A stretch of DNA of 64,000 nucleotides, from positions 23,684,001 through 23,748,000 of the forward strand of contig CM022673.1 in NCBI GenBank assembly GCA_012295275.1, given 5' to 3'. Of the stretch, positions 50,768 through 64,000 are shown piece by piece. The notes under the pieces were generated by a model. It saw only the letters and a program-made list of their open reading frames with translations. It searched no databases and had not been told where the DNA came from. Position 1 is the stretch's first letter. Each line of letters starts with the position of its first letter. The DNA is from Chrysomallon squamiferum (Eukaryota > Animalia > Mollusca). A program made the translations under genes and the position numbers.

Positions 50768-64000
<13,233 letters not shown>

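Overview
AT-rich animal genomic DNA, probably lophotrochozoan/molluscan (inferred from the innexin and repeat landscape, not proven), with spliced GT-AG genes. I reconstructed four genes by hand with consistent exon phases: (1) an SH3-PX-BAR sorting nexin (SNX9/18/33 family), 15 coding exons on the minus strand, 593-22450, ~563 aa, with candidate alternative first exons; (2) a divergent innexin with a single coding exon (25473-26684, +); (3) mitochondrial half-transporter ABCB8, 18 coding exons (28686-40024, +, ~726 aa); (4) the 5' part of a class A GPCR (50768->64000, +) whose frame appears to start at ICL1, with no N-terminus or TM1. Sorting nexin introns hold a long-TIR Sola2-like DNA element (9979-12830) and a decayed hAT/Buster element with an 8-bp TSD (15977-17970). 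The most striking pattern: in all three multi-exon genes many intronic minisatellites are seeded exactly on exon-intron junctions. Their unit is a copy of the exon edge plus the splice site, forming arrays of decoy donors/acceptors whose GT/AG is intact in some copies and mutated in others. Most of the supplied ORF track is repeat translation, not protein.
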